Shown here piece by piece: positions 1-10,222 of a stretch of DNA of 64,000 nt. Source of the DNA: Eutreptiella sp. 'Long Island Sound 2002' (lineage: Eukaryota; Protista; Euglenida); assembly GCA_964036045.1 (NCBI GenBank), contig OZ038378.1, forward strand, positions 76,260,001 through 76,324,000, written 5' to 3'. Positions within the stretch are counted from its first letter, which is position 1; every line of letters starts with the position of its first letter. A program made the position numbers and the translations under genes. The notes beneath the pieces are model-generated. The model was not told where the DNA came from. It saw only the letters and a list, made by a program, of their open reading frames with translations, and made no database searches.

Positions 1-806
1 TCCCCCAAGCGGGGCCTCGTAAGGCCGCTCTGATCCGGAGAAGGAGTTGTGCAACCACCGGCTATTCGTCGTTCAGCAAGATGTCAATCCACCCTTCTCC
101 CAACTCCGTTGCCATGCGGAGCTCTGCGGGACCTCCCTCTGTCTCCCGGATCTTCCGGGGCGCCTATTCTTGGGCTCCCGCGCTGGCATCCACACGCTCC
201 TCCGCCATCTTGCGCTGCAGTCTGGCCTGTGACCACGCCTTCGGCGGAGCTGCTCCTCGATGACCGCCGCTGCCTGGTGGCCGTCCACACATCTCGGACG
301 CTTGAGTCATTGGGAAGAGCCTCCACACCAACGCGAGGTTCACACTGTCCTTGTGAGGGGCCGCTTCTTGTTTTACCAGGCTCTCACGCCGGGACGAGGC
401 ACTATATGTCCACCAGGGGCACGACCTTGGAGGGACAGAAGACCATGATGATGGTGGCCGTCTATGCGGCCACAGCGCGGCACCAAGGTACAAACGGGGT
501 ATCCCTCGGACAGCCAACGATCCCGTGGAGCCGTCGATGCCCGCGGCTTCTGTTTGAAGAGGTCCGCTTGAGGGGGACGGGTGTTCGCCATGTGGCCTTT
601 CAACTCTTCCCACCGTTGTGGGTCCATTGCAACGTATTGCTTGAGCTCTTCCCTCGCCTTCTTGGTACGTTGGATGTGGGCCCTCTCCATCTCCGGTACG
701 GTACATACTGCCCAAGCTTGCGTGTCGGAGAGGTTCCTTGTCGTGAACGATACCCACATGACTATATCTTGCATGAGGAACGCCGTTGGAACTTTGATTG
801 CTAGGG
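1..806 (-). pseudogene. Degenerate non-LTR retrotransposon ORF, region downstream of the RT core (3' part of an element split by the 807-4798 insertion)
   Basis: ORF 373-774 joins in frame to ORF 4616-4879 (..AGTKRKAWSL|AIKVPTAFLMQDIVMW..) when 807-4798 and one 5-bp duplication are removed; contains a GIPRLYL motif like the post-RT G-x-P motif; frameshifted. Confidence 0.5.
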
Positions 807-1613
807 CTCCTCACGTCACCCCAGAGACCTATCTTAAACGCAATATGTTTAATATTTGGGTCAAAAATTAATGGGTTAAGCCAAAGTTGAACCCTTTGGG
901 GGGGGGGGGGGAACTCTACTCCCACGGTGTGACTTACGGGAGCGATGTCACTATCACTTGGGGGTTGGGGTGGGGGGGTCTCACGTGCTTCCATGCAAAA
1001 AAAAAAATTAAAATGGTCCTCGGGTTTAATTATTGAGTTTTATTTTTCCTTTAATATTTGAAATATGAAAAATTAAACCGTCGCCAAACGGTAATATTAA
1101 CCTGTCAAAAATTAACCCATTTTTCGAAAAATTAACCATCCCTGAAAATCCCTACAAGCACACAAGAACACACCAAATATGTTTTCAATCGCTTCCAATA
1201 TTCATCACTGGCTCCAATGCCAACATTGCACCGGTACCAAAGGTGGTACCACCTGTAGGTTACACCTCTTGAGACCCCATTTTGGGGTCCCACAATTGTT
1301 GGGATGGGTCAGGGGTGGGGTTAGGAGTGGAGTTGTTTTGTGCTTTGGGGTTACTCGGGGGGTTCGTTTTGAAGTTTGTCGGGGGGTTAGTCTTGGGGTC
1401 AGTCAGGGGGTTAGTCTTCCGCTCAGGCTGGCCCGAAGCCCTGGGGGGGAGGGGGGTGGCTTTCCCCATGCCCTTGCCAACACGCACGAGGTGTTTTTGG
1501 GCGCCTTGGGTGTGGGCAAGAGGAGGCCACGGGTCAGCTCGTAGAGCGAGGGGCACTCTTGGTATACCACCCAGATGACCCCCGCTTTCGTCCGGTGGAC
1601 ATCGGTTACAGTC

Positions 1614-2030
1614 TCACCTCCACGCCCGTGGGGTAAAGGACGTGGACGTTGGTGCCGACGAGGGTGTCGTCGGCTCTGGCGTTGGGGGTGGTGGGGGTTC
1701 CTTTTTCACCGCTTCCTCACCCTCCCAATCACTGCCCACCATGCCTGCCCATATCCCCTCATCCTCTGCCCTAGTGTACCGCATTTGCCGTAACCTGGCC
1801 CACTCCCCACCCATGTACTTCGCTTCACCTACCCACACCTCCGAGAAAACCCTCCCCTGCTCCCAATCCCTCAACCCCCTCAAGATGGGCAACCCCAAGG
1901 GCGCGTCGGCTGGGGGAGGCGTTGCATGTGCCCAAGTGGCATCCCATGCGCCCCATCGCGGTCGCGGAAACACAGGTGCACGCGCCGTGCGTCCGGGGCG
2001 TTGACCACTACGTCCGTCACCTCCAATCAA
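1614..2030 (-). pseudogene. Family A C-terminal exon (A1)
   Basis: LRDWEQGRVFSEVWVGEAKYMGG aligns with LADWDEGLDPGEWWVVSQGYNGE (18811-19869); TRAEDEGIWA aligns with TREEAEAHFWA (9243-9464). Confidence 0.55.
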
Positions 2031-2194
2031 ACATGCAGGACACGAATTAGTTTTTATGAGGACTTTCTTTAACTTTTCAAATTTAATATTAACTCTTAAA
2101 TTTCATTTTTGCGCCGGCGATCGAAAAATTGAACGCCAACCTGGAAAAAATAAATCAAAAAAGTCGAAACTAACTAACAAACAAGCACACGTAC

Positions 2195-3058
2195 CGCAAA
2201 ACGTGTGGGCGCTCCTTACGAATGGACAGTTGTCATTAATGTCCGAAAGTGTGTGGAGGCCGTTGGGTCTTCCACGGGATGCGCCATGACCTCGGCGAGC
2301 GCGGAAGGGGGGGGGGGGGGGGCTGCGGCAGGGACTTCCGCCTTGGCGAATTCGGTGGTGGTGTTCGGCGTGCCGCCCCCCGACTCGTCGTACTGGTGTT
2401 GCGCGGCAGGGTCATATACAGGGCGTTGGGGGGCTAGTACAACAGTCCACTGGACCGCAAAGTGGACCCCCTTCCCCTTCCCCCACGTGCGGCACCATCC
2501 AAGCGTGACCCAATGCTGACGTGCCACGTGGAAATGTGCCACCGCAAGATCCTCCCATGTGAGGAACGACGCCCATACCTCCTCTCCGTCAAGCCAAGCC
2601 GAGGCCCCCCACCCGACACCGGTGCGAGCCCGGTAGAGCACGCCTTGCGCGGCCACGGTGTTGTCCTTGGAAAGGTCTGCTAGGTGGGCCTCAATGAAAG
2701 CCACTTGGAGGCGGCCCATGGCCATGCAACGATGCAGGATGCATAGAAAGACCAAGCACAGCTCCGCCACAACGTGCGGGTCTCCCAAGCACCCCCCAAT
2801 CTCCAAGTTGAGGCCCGTCTGCTGATAGCGGCCACGGGCCACTGTGTCCCCCTCCAATGCGCCGTGGACCCCCGCCTTCACCCACGCCGCCACAACTTTG
2901 TGCCACACACCCATATTGTAAATTGAGCCTACCATGGGCGATATGGAGAGGCCAATAAGGAGTCTCACGACGGGTCGGTCACCCCCGATGACTAACTCAT
3001 TGGGCACCCACTTGGTGCCCCAATAGATCTTCTTGCCATCGTGGACCAATTGCGACAC
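2195..3058 (-). pseudogene. Family A transposase core exon (second catalytic Asp), A1
   Basis: GGDRPVVRLLIG matches RAG1 GYDEKLVREVEG spacing (D, R+5, G+9); LCILHRCMAMGRL is shared with A2c (CIVHLTMAMGRL); acceptor CCTAG at 3059-3060, donor GTACGT at 2194. Confidence 0.65.
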
Positions 3059-3105
3059 CTAGGAACAAACGGGAATTAATTTTTGAGTTAATTTTTAGAG
3101 GTTAA

Positions 3106-3620
3106 ACCCCCCCCCCCCAAATACTGTACCCCGGGGTACGTTATTTGCTTGACGCTCAATAGGGCCAGGGGGGTATACTATTTGGGGGGTATACTAATTG
3201 GGGGGTATGGTATTTCAGCCCTTTCGCTGTCACCCTCACCCTCACCCCTCTTTGTCTTCTCTTTCGTCATAGGTATGCAGCCCTATCCAGATGAGTGGCA
3301 TCTGGCTTCGATGCTCATGCGGTTGTTGCGGATGTGTGTGTCACAGGTGCTGATGGAGCTGCAGCAGCACCTTCAGCTGTTGTGGCCCACGCCTCTAGCA
3401 GTGTTTCAAATGTAAAGAGGCAAACCACAATCACCGCTTTCTTCAAGTGAGCTACTGTGTAGTGGTGTTGAGACCGTGTCCCAAATCTGTTCGTGTTTCG
3501 TTTGCTTGTATGTGATGAAAAGGGGGTATACTGTTTGGCAAAACGCTTATTAAGCCAAGGGGGGTATAGTATTTGGGGGGGTATAGTATTTGGGGGGGGG
3601 TACACTGATATGGGGGGGGT
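3106..3620. mobile_element. TTAA-flanked MITE (piggyBac-like) nested in intron 1 of A1
   Basis: TTAA at 3102-3105 and 3621-3624; about 28-bp imperfect TIR ACCCCCCCC..AAATACTGTACCCC / GGGGTACACTGATATGGGGGGGGT; internal GGGGGGTATA(C/G)TATTT repeats. Confidence 0.65.
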
Positions 3621-3726
3621 TTAATATTAGATTAAATTTTCAGTCAACGTTAACTTTTGCGAAACATTAAGTATTAACCTCGAGAAACTACCGCAAAAAC
3701 GAACGTGGAACAAAACGACCACATAC

Positions 3727-4232
3727 CTGCAAGTTATTGTCGCTAGCGCGGCCATGTCGTTATCCCCGCATGCGGCCATACCAATCACCCAGCGGTAGGC
3801 GAGTATTCGGCCCCGTGCACCGTGGTTGAGGAGCCTAATGGAAAGTTGGGTCCAACTTTCACCGGCGCACGGGTAGGCATCCCCACGGAGAAGGAACGTC
3901 GGCGACCGCTTCCCATCGATGGTGTCCACAAGGGGTGACCGCGGTTGGATGTAGCGGGCCCACGATTACAACGGCCAAGGGCGGCTGCTTGTGGAGGAAT
4001 CCGCCAAGGACACGGGTCAATCTAGCGCAACCGGCGTGACCAACTCCTTCCATGTGCCCATGAAGCGGTCACCTAAAGGGATGGGGCGGGGGAATGGGAG
4101 GGCCGTTGCGGCAGTGTACGCGGCCTCCTGGCGGGTCATGAACTCCGCCACATGCCGGAACCCGCACTTGGAGCCATTGAAGTCCATAAGTAACGCGATT
4201 AATTCGGGTGTGGAGAACAAGGCGGAGGCACA
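3727..4232 (-). pseudogene. Family A transposase exon with first catalytic Asp (RGDAYP), A1
   Basis: WKELVTPVALD and LLRGDAYPCAGESWTQLSIRLLN closely match WKELVAPVQLD and SVRGDAYPKAGGNWTQLTISLAN at 24783-25358; GTATGT donor at 3726. Confidence 0.65.
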
Positions 4233-4507
4233 TTCCTTCTAAGCCTCTATTTGCTTGTTGCGACTGACGGGGAGTTAGGCAACCTCGTTGGCCTCGTACC
4301 ACCGGGCCTTGGCAAAAGGGGATGAGGCCACCCACTCACCAAGGAGTTATGAGACCAAAGAGTCCCGCAAACTCTTGGCCCACGGAAACGCGTGAGCGTC
4401 GTACTAAGCTGGAGAAGGGTGTCCCAAGAGAAAGGCATAACAAGAGCTACACAAGGGAAAAAGGAGGTATGGAGTAGGGAGAGTGGGGGGACCGGGGAGG
4501 GATGTGT

Positions 4508-4565
4508 GGGGCTACATAACTACATGGGGCTACATGGGGCTACATGGGGCTACATGGGGCTACAT
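4508..4565. repeat. 10-bp tandem repeat (GGGGCTACAT)n
   Basis: About five consecutive GGGGCTACAT units read directly. Confidence 0.9.
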
Positions 4566-4798
4566 AACCACCTTTTGGACTATGGAACCCTTATAGCAAC
4601 CCGTTGGGCACCCTTTCACCACCCAAAGACTTCAAGTGGGCATGGTATGCGCACAAGCAAAGCGGTGCAAACGAGCCAAAATTGGGTTAACGCGTCAATA
4701 TTTGCCAAGTCAATTTTTATCCCCTTCCATATACTAAAAATTAAAATTAACCATATTGGTTTTAACGTAGGTCTCAGAGGCACCGTCACGTCAGCGTG

Positions 4799-5540
4799 CA
4801 GGGACCATGCCTTCCGCTTTGTGCCTGCTCCATGCACGGCTGTTGCTGGCTCAGCGCCCGGCGCGGCAGTATACGTCATCCATGCAGATGATGTTCGTCA
4901 CACTCACCTGCTTCCATCGTACCCCCTTGGGAAGCGTCCCCACGTCCAGCCACTACCCGTTACGCACCGCTCCTGGCCTCATGTTCCGGATGGGGGGCTA
5001 GGCCATCATGTGAATGTGCACAAAGGAATTAGGGGGTCAAGTGCCGTCTGCACCACAGCCTCCTTCAAGCACTGTGCACTTCTCCGTCCGGGCAACGGTT
5101 GTCGAACTGTCTCTACCCTCTCTCTAACGCCCCGTAAACTCGCTCCTTATCCTCGCACTTACGACTTTGTTCGAATCGCGTGGCGCTCACCGTCAGCTGG
5201 CCCGCCGCTACTCGCGCAACTTCCTGCTCTCTCATGGCACATAACTCTGCATGTAGGCCGCGCACTCATTCCCTTTGAGTTGACCCTCGTTTCCGAGTGC
5301 CGGCTACTAGCCCATGCACGCACAACCGATCTCTACCGCACACAGGCTCCGTGAGGCTACCCTCCTTTCGCAGTGCCGGCGCAACACCAAGGCAGCAGGG
5401 TCGGTGATTACAATCATCGGTCCGCCACATCTCTGCCTCAGGCTTTCCGTCACTTCTTGCGTGACGGGCCACAAAAGTGGACGCTGGCTGCCTGAGGCTT
5501 TGCCCTGTCCTTACTCGCCGTGACGCCTGCACACTAGGCG
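4799..5540 (-). pseudogene. Degenerate non-LTR reverse transcriptase core
   Basis: Minus-strand translations AVVQTALDPLIP (QGxxLxP-like) and VTNIICMDDVY (YxDD-like), with stops and frameshifts; continues into 1-806. Confidence 0.45.
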
Positions 5541-5599
5541 CTAGTTGTACTGTCATGTGGGCGGCACCGGACGAGGTTGGGTCCGTGTGTGCTGCTGTT

Positions 5600-6110
5600 A
5601 CCCTGGTCCTCCCGCGTTGGCATTGCATACGGGATCCCTCCCGCTAGCTACCATGCAAAGGGTTACTATACCAATGCCAAGAGGGGTGAGGCGGGAGGGG
5701 GGTAGCAAGAAGGTGTTGTTAGGAAAGTAGTGGGAGGTAACCCTCCTTGGGGGTAAGTTGTTGCGTGGTTCGGGCTCTTGGGAGGCTAGTGCTGAAGGGT
5801 TCCTACCACTTCTACCCTTGTCATCGTCGTCGGGTTCCCCCATCCTTAGAGCTTTGGGCCGGGTCCTCTTCTCCGGAGATCATCCTCAGTGTTTGCCGCT
5901 GTTGCTGCGGATGGGATCCCTCTCCATGCCAACCCCCTCCTTCCTATTTTCGCCCGTTGCCTACTGTGCCACATCCTAGGGGGTGGTGCTAAGGCATAGT
6001 ATGCAAGCGTATCCCAAGCTCATAACCGTGGGGCAACGATAGCACTTCCTCAATACTTGTTGCAGCGCGTCGCGCGCACGAGTCCCTTTAACCAAAAACG
6101 GAGTGGTCCG
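5600..6110. repeat. Dispersed repeat, diverged copy of 17540-17920
   Basis: Collinear similarity, e.g. GGTAGCAAGAAGGTGTTGTTAGGAAAGTAGTGGGAGGTAACCCTCCTTGGGG vs GGTAGCAAGAGGGTGTGGCGAGGCAAGTAGTGGGAGGTAAGCCTCCTTGGGG. Confidence 0.8.
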
Positions 6111-7854
6111 TTGGTGGTTAACTCTAGAAAAATTACAGAACCGAGGGCCCCCTTGGGCACGAGGGGAAGGTGTGGGAGGAGGTGGTGACACAAGTGGTGG
6201 AGGAGAAGCTAGAGGTTTCGGGCATGGCGTGGCTGCGGTCACTTTTGGGCGGCCGGTTGGCGGGCACCATCCTGGACATGCCTTGAAACCCCGCACACCT
6301 GACAGCCCCCCCCCCCCCCGCCCGCCCCCTCATCATGGGGAGCACTACTTTCATGCAGCATGGGGCCTGAGGGTAGCTGCAGCTTCATCCCGAGGTCTAG
6401 ATTGGTTAACAAAATTTCTGGCGCTACACTTGGTGTTAACCATGAGAATCAACGGACATATATTCTTCTTCTGTGATAATGCCTCTACGCTATTCCGCGG
6501 AACAACACAATGGATGAGGTTGCATAGTGGGCTGGACCGCTTTGTCAAGCATGTCCTAGGAAAGTTAAATTTCTGCAAATATCACGAGTTTTGGTTGCCG
6601 GCTCAACATTACTCGCATCATACAGGCATGGTGGCTGGCTGGCAGCGCATTGCCGATACGTTGGCTACACAAGCTCCAACCAATGTGCATGAGCATCCCC
6701 TTCCATGGTGGTGGTTCTTTAGATGTTTGGATGATGTGCCCTCCTTGCTCTTGTTTCGAAGTCCTCCGGCTAATAAACCTGGTGCGTTCTTTCCTCGGCT
6801 GCAAACCATAGTACACGCAAAAAAAGGAATGCTTGCCAGGCAAATTGCTGACCTCGGGATTGATACAGCGTGCTGGGTTGGGGTTTGCCAAGAGGGGGAG
6901 ATGCCAATACAGGCGCATCGGGTTTCAGCGTATGTACGATGTATTGTTCCCCGCATATTCTTTGATGGTCCTGACTGTAGATTCTCCTCGCTGCACGCGG
7001 GTAACGAACCTGAGCATGTATTCGCCTGCCCGGCTCTATATGTACGTGCCTGTGGTGCATTGATCAGTTGTGTGGACACGTTGTTGAGTGACATGGGATG
7101 GCAATTTAAAGCGACATGGGACCTGGTTGCTCTTTTAACGCATGGGTCCAGTGAATGCTGGTTTGCTGTTGAACCAGATAATACCATAGCAGCTAGACAG
7201 CGAGCTCTGCGGCAGTTGGCTGGTGCGCAACACATTGTCGTGTCCTACTGGGGATTGCTTTGGTGTTCCAACACAAATGGGCGGCATTCCCATTATGTGG
7301 GTGCGGCCGCACGGGCGGCACTGCCCACCACGGTAATGGGAGTCATGGCTGAGCCCGTACCCTTGGAACCTCCAGTACTGCACGACAGTCCAGACGAGTC
7401 CCCATATATTGAGCACGGCGTCATGTGTGCACGTGCCTCGCAAAAGGCCCAAAGCGTGCTAGGCTTTCTTGTGCGGCGCGATCCGCGACTGGTGGTGTGG
7501 CTGGAGCACAGGTACTTAGTACATCAGCCACTCAGGTCGCATCGAATAGCACGGCGGGGGAATACCACGTTCATGTGTGTGGTCCCTCCGGATGTGCTCT
7601 ATTGGACCCTCCGGGGGCAACCCCCACGGTTGTCATCTGCACATGTGCCACGGAACTTCGGCAACCATGGCAATATGTGCATGTTGGTGCATCGTGGAGT
7701 GTCGCCGCGGACTATAGATGCACTACGCCTCCATCAGTTGCAGAGCGAAACCGCCTTCTTTGTGTTACTGTACGTCAAGGAGGTAGGGATCAGTAGTGGA
7801 GCTGTGGGCGTGCAGACGGCGTCGGCCTGTGGATCTCCAACGTCGCTCTACTAG
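6103..7854 (+). CDS. 583-aa open ORF: 5'-truncated non-LTR retrotransposon C-terminus (RNase H, zinc-finger-like motif, long extension)
   Basis: IFFFCDNAS and FWLPAQH..WQRIADTLA are RNase H-like; CRFSSLHAGNEPEHVFACP resembles the zf-RVT C..EH..C motif; the first ~70 aa are low-complexity flank read through a C homopolymer. Confidence 0.55.
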   Translation: MVRWWLTLEKLQNRGPPWARGEGVGGGGDTSGGGEARGFGHGVAAVTFGRPVGGHHPGHALKPRTPDSPPPPRPPPHHGEHYFHAAWGLRVAAASSRGLDWLTKFLALHLVLTMRINGHIFFFCDNASTLFRGTTQWMRLHSGLDRFVKHVLGKLNFCKYHEFWLPAQHYSHHTGMVAGWQRIADTLATQAPTNVHEHPLPWWWFFRCLDDVPSLLLFRSPPANKPGAFFPRLQTIVHAKKGMLARQIADLGIDTACWVGVCQEGEMPIQAHRVSAYVRCIVPRIFFDGPDCRFSSLHAGNEPEHVFACPALYVRACGALISCVDTLLSDMGWQFKATWDLVALLTHGSSECWFAVEPDNTIAARQRALRQLAGAQHIVVSYWGLLWCSNTNGRHSHYVGAAARAALPTTVMGVMAEPVPLEPPVLHDSPDESPYIEHGVMCARASQKAQSVLGFLVRRDPRLVVWLEHRYLVHQPLRSHRIARRGNTTFMCVVPPDVLYWTLRGQPPRLSSAHVPRNFGNHGNMCMLVHRGVSPRTIDALRLHQLQSETAFFVLLYVKEVGISSGAVGVQTASACGSPTSLY

Positions 7855-8083
7855 CGAATCCTGGACATCGCCGAGGCCATCACTAGACCAGACCAGACCA
7901 CACCCCCGCCCCCTCAGTCAACCCCTTCTCCTGCCCCCACAAAGTCCCATTTGACTGTCGGTATTGTACAAGATCTTGGCCCAAGGGAAGTGGGTGTGGG
8001 TGGATGACCGAGGGGTCCACAAAGACAACCGCTGCGGGTGGGTGGGTGGGTGGGGGGGGTTACAGGGAAATGGCACTAGCAGC

Positions 8084-10222
8084 CTAAAACGCTAGGGGGG
8101 GACAAGGGACAAGTGGCCCCCCCTTCGGCAAGGCACGAAGATATTTGAAATGCCTTATTTCAAGGTCTTCATCCCCAACGTCAAGAGGGGGGGGGGGGGC
8201 ACAGCAGTTCCGGTTCCTTGGCAGTTGTTGGCAGGCCATGGGGCTGGGGCGTGTGCAGGTATCGGAGAGCACCTGGGAGGGGTCGCCAGTGTGGTCAAGG
8301 ATTATGGGCGTTGGGGGATTTGACTCGTCGGCGGCCAACCGGGGGGGCTTATGCCGAATTGGTGCCCGCATTGCCCCCGCCCCAAGCCCAAGACCCCTAG
8401 TAAGCCTGTGGCCGCAAGCCTCGTGCAGCCGCACCCGCCCCGCCGCCCCCAACCCTCGGGACCAAGGCCCTGGGGGCAATCCGCCCCACTCTTGACACGC
8501 AAAGTACGGTATGATGCGTGCGTTCTAGCGCTGATCTAGGGAAGCGTTCTAGCGTTGTTCTAGCCAAACAGCCGCTGCCACCGCTAGAAGGTCGCTAGAA
8601 CGTCGCTAGAAGAGTTGCCTAGAACGTTGGTAAAACATACGTGCCTCTTGTTTTGCTTCTCACAAGTCATCAACCTACAATCTTGCAACGCGGGTGGAGT
8701 GGCACGATGGAGGGGCCGGATGCACCTCGTGGGGGTCACCGAGCTCGGCCGCATCTTGGGGAATGACCCCAACATGGCCCTCTCGGTGCTATACGGGTTT
8801 GGTAGGTGCGAAGCAGGAAGGAGCCGGGTGGGTGAGGGTCAAGGAACACGGGCAGCAGCAGCACTAGCAGCAAAAGGCGGAGCAAAAACAGCGGTAGCAC
8901 CACCAGCGGGGCGAGTACTCCCACTCTCAAGGCCACCATGCCCCCCCCCCCCAAGACCCCAAGAAGCCCAAGAAGCCCCGCCACTTCGAGAGTAGCAGGG
9001 AAGAAGCCCCCCCGCCCCTCCCCCCGAACCCCGTCCCAAGCCCAAGGTCAAGGCCAAGCCCCGCCCCACAAACCCCGCCCCCCCCCCTCTTGGCAAGTAG
9101 GAGCCGTGACCCCTACGGGAACGTGCCGGGTGTAGGGCACACCCGGTATGTCCCTTGGAGGGAGGGGGGCGATGGGGGGGACCGTTAGCCAAGTGACGGT
9201 GTTGAGGGTTGGGATGAGGAGCTAGACCCGGGGGACTAGTGGGTGGGGTCGCAGGGGTCCAATGGAAAAGGGGGGAAGAAGGGGAAGAGGGGGAAGAAGA
9301 GGGCGAAACAGAAGGCGGGGGGCAGCTTCCGGGTGCGGGGGGAGCTCCTCTTCCGCACCCGGGAGGAGGCGGAGGCCCACTTCTGGGCGGCCTTGGCGGA
9401 GGCTGGGGATGACGTGGACAACGGGCACAACGAGGAAGTTGGGGATGACGACAAGGGGGAGTAGGTTGACAAAGGGGGTGACAAGGAAGGCCAAGAGTGG
9501 GTGAGGAGGGGCGTGAGAAGGGGGGTGAGAAGGAAGGGGACACGGGGTCCGAAAAGGGGGGTGTCAAGAGCAAGGATGCGGCCCGGCAACCCCCCACCTT
9601 GCAAGAGCGGATATCCTGTGTGTCGGGACTCGCGAAAGGGGGGCGGGGGGCGGGCGGGCTACTCGTGCTAACCGTGCTAATTGGGCTAGCCCACCACCAA
9701 TTGACGCAGCGCCGGCCTGCAAGATGACCTTCCAAGTGACCTATGGGTGGGGGGCTAACTAAGCTAACCAAGGTGGGGGGGGGGGGGGGGGTCGGGGGGG
9801 GGGGGGGGGCGGCGCTCACTGCGTCGGGTTGAGCAGCGCGACCCTATAATTCGCAATGGCTGGCCATCGTAGCCGTGGTAGCTTCTCTTTGAGGATTGGC
9901 GGAGCATTAAAATATATCGTTCTATCCCCGTTCTAGCGAAGCGTTCTAGCGACGTTCTAGCGAGTTCCTGCGGCGCTTGCTAGCACGTCGCTGGAACGCC
10001 ACCGAAACGAAATGTTTTCCCCCTCCGATTTCACGTAAAACAGCGAAATTGTGAAAAACAAAGCATGGGCCCCCAAGTACGGATGGGGGGGCGGGGTGCA
10101 GGCTAAGCCCCTCAAAAGTCCCACCACTTACCCCCATTGGAAGGGGTGACTTCCCCCCTTTTCCATTCTAGTCGTCTAGCACCATCTAGGCCAGAACACA
10201 ATCAGGTCTTCTAGTGTGTACC
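8084..10222 (+). mobile_element. Family A 3' fragment (A2a, CTAG type): exon, foldback intron, low-complexity exon, right terminus
   Basis: Inverted paralog of 18357-20520 (LVGVTELGRILGNDPNMALSV vs LVGVTEFGRMIGIDPNLALSV); terminal motif GGTCTTCTAGTGTGTACC at 10205-10222. Confidence 0.75.

Larger units (their letters stand above)
807..4798 (-). mobile_element. About 4-kb intron-containing DNA transposon (family A, copy A1), RAG1/Transib-like DDE transposase, decayed
   Basis: Imperfect TIRs (GAGACCTAtcTTAAAcgCAATATGtTTAAT at about 824-855 vs its inverse at about 4745-4775); candidate 5-bp TSD TAGGG (802-806)/CAGGG (4799-4803); transposase exons inside; TTAA-rich non-coding segments. Confidence 0.7.

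Noticed and set aside
4392-5354. 320-aa plus-strand ORF as a gene
   Set aside because: It crosses a tandem repeat and a transposon terminus, and is antisense to the RT remnant.
8839-9819. Long Pro/Gly-rich ORFs (also 164-994, 21315-22250, 26820-27432)
   Set aside because: They are explained by GC-rich low-complexity sequence, tandem repeats or antisense frames.
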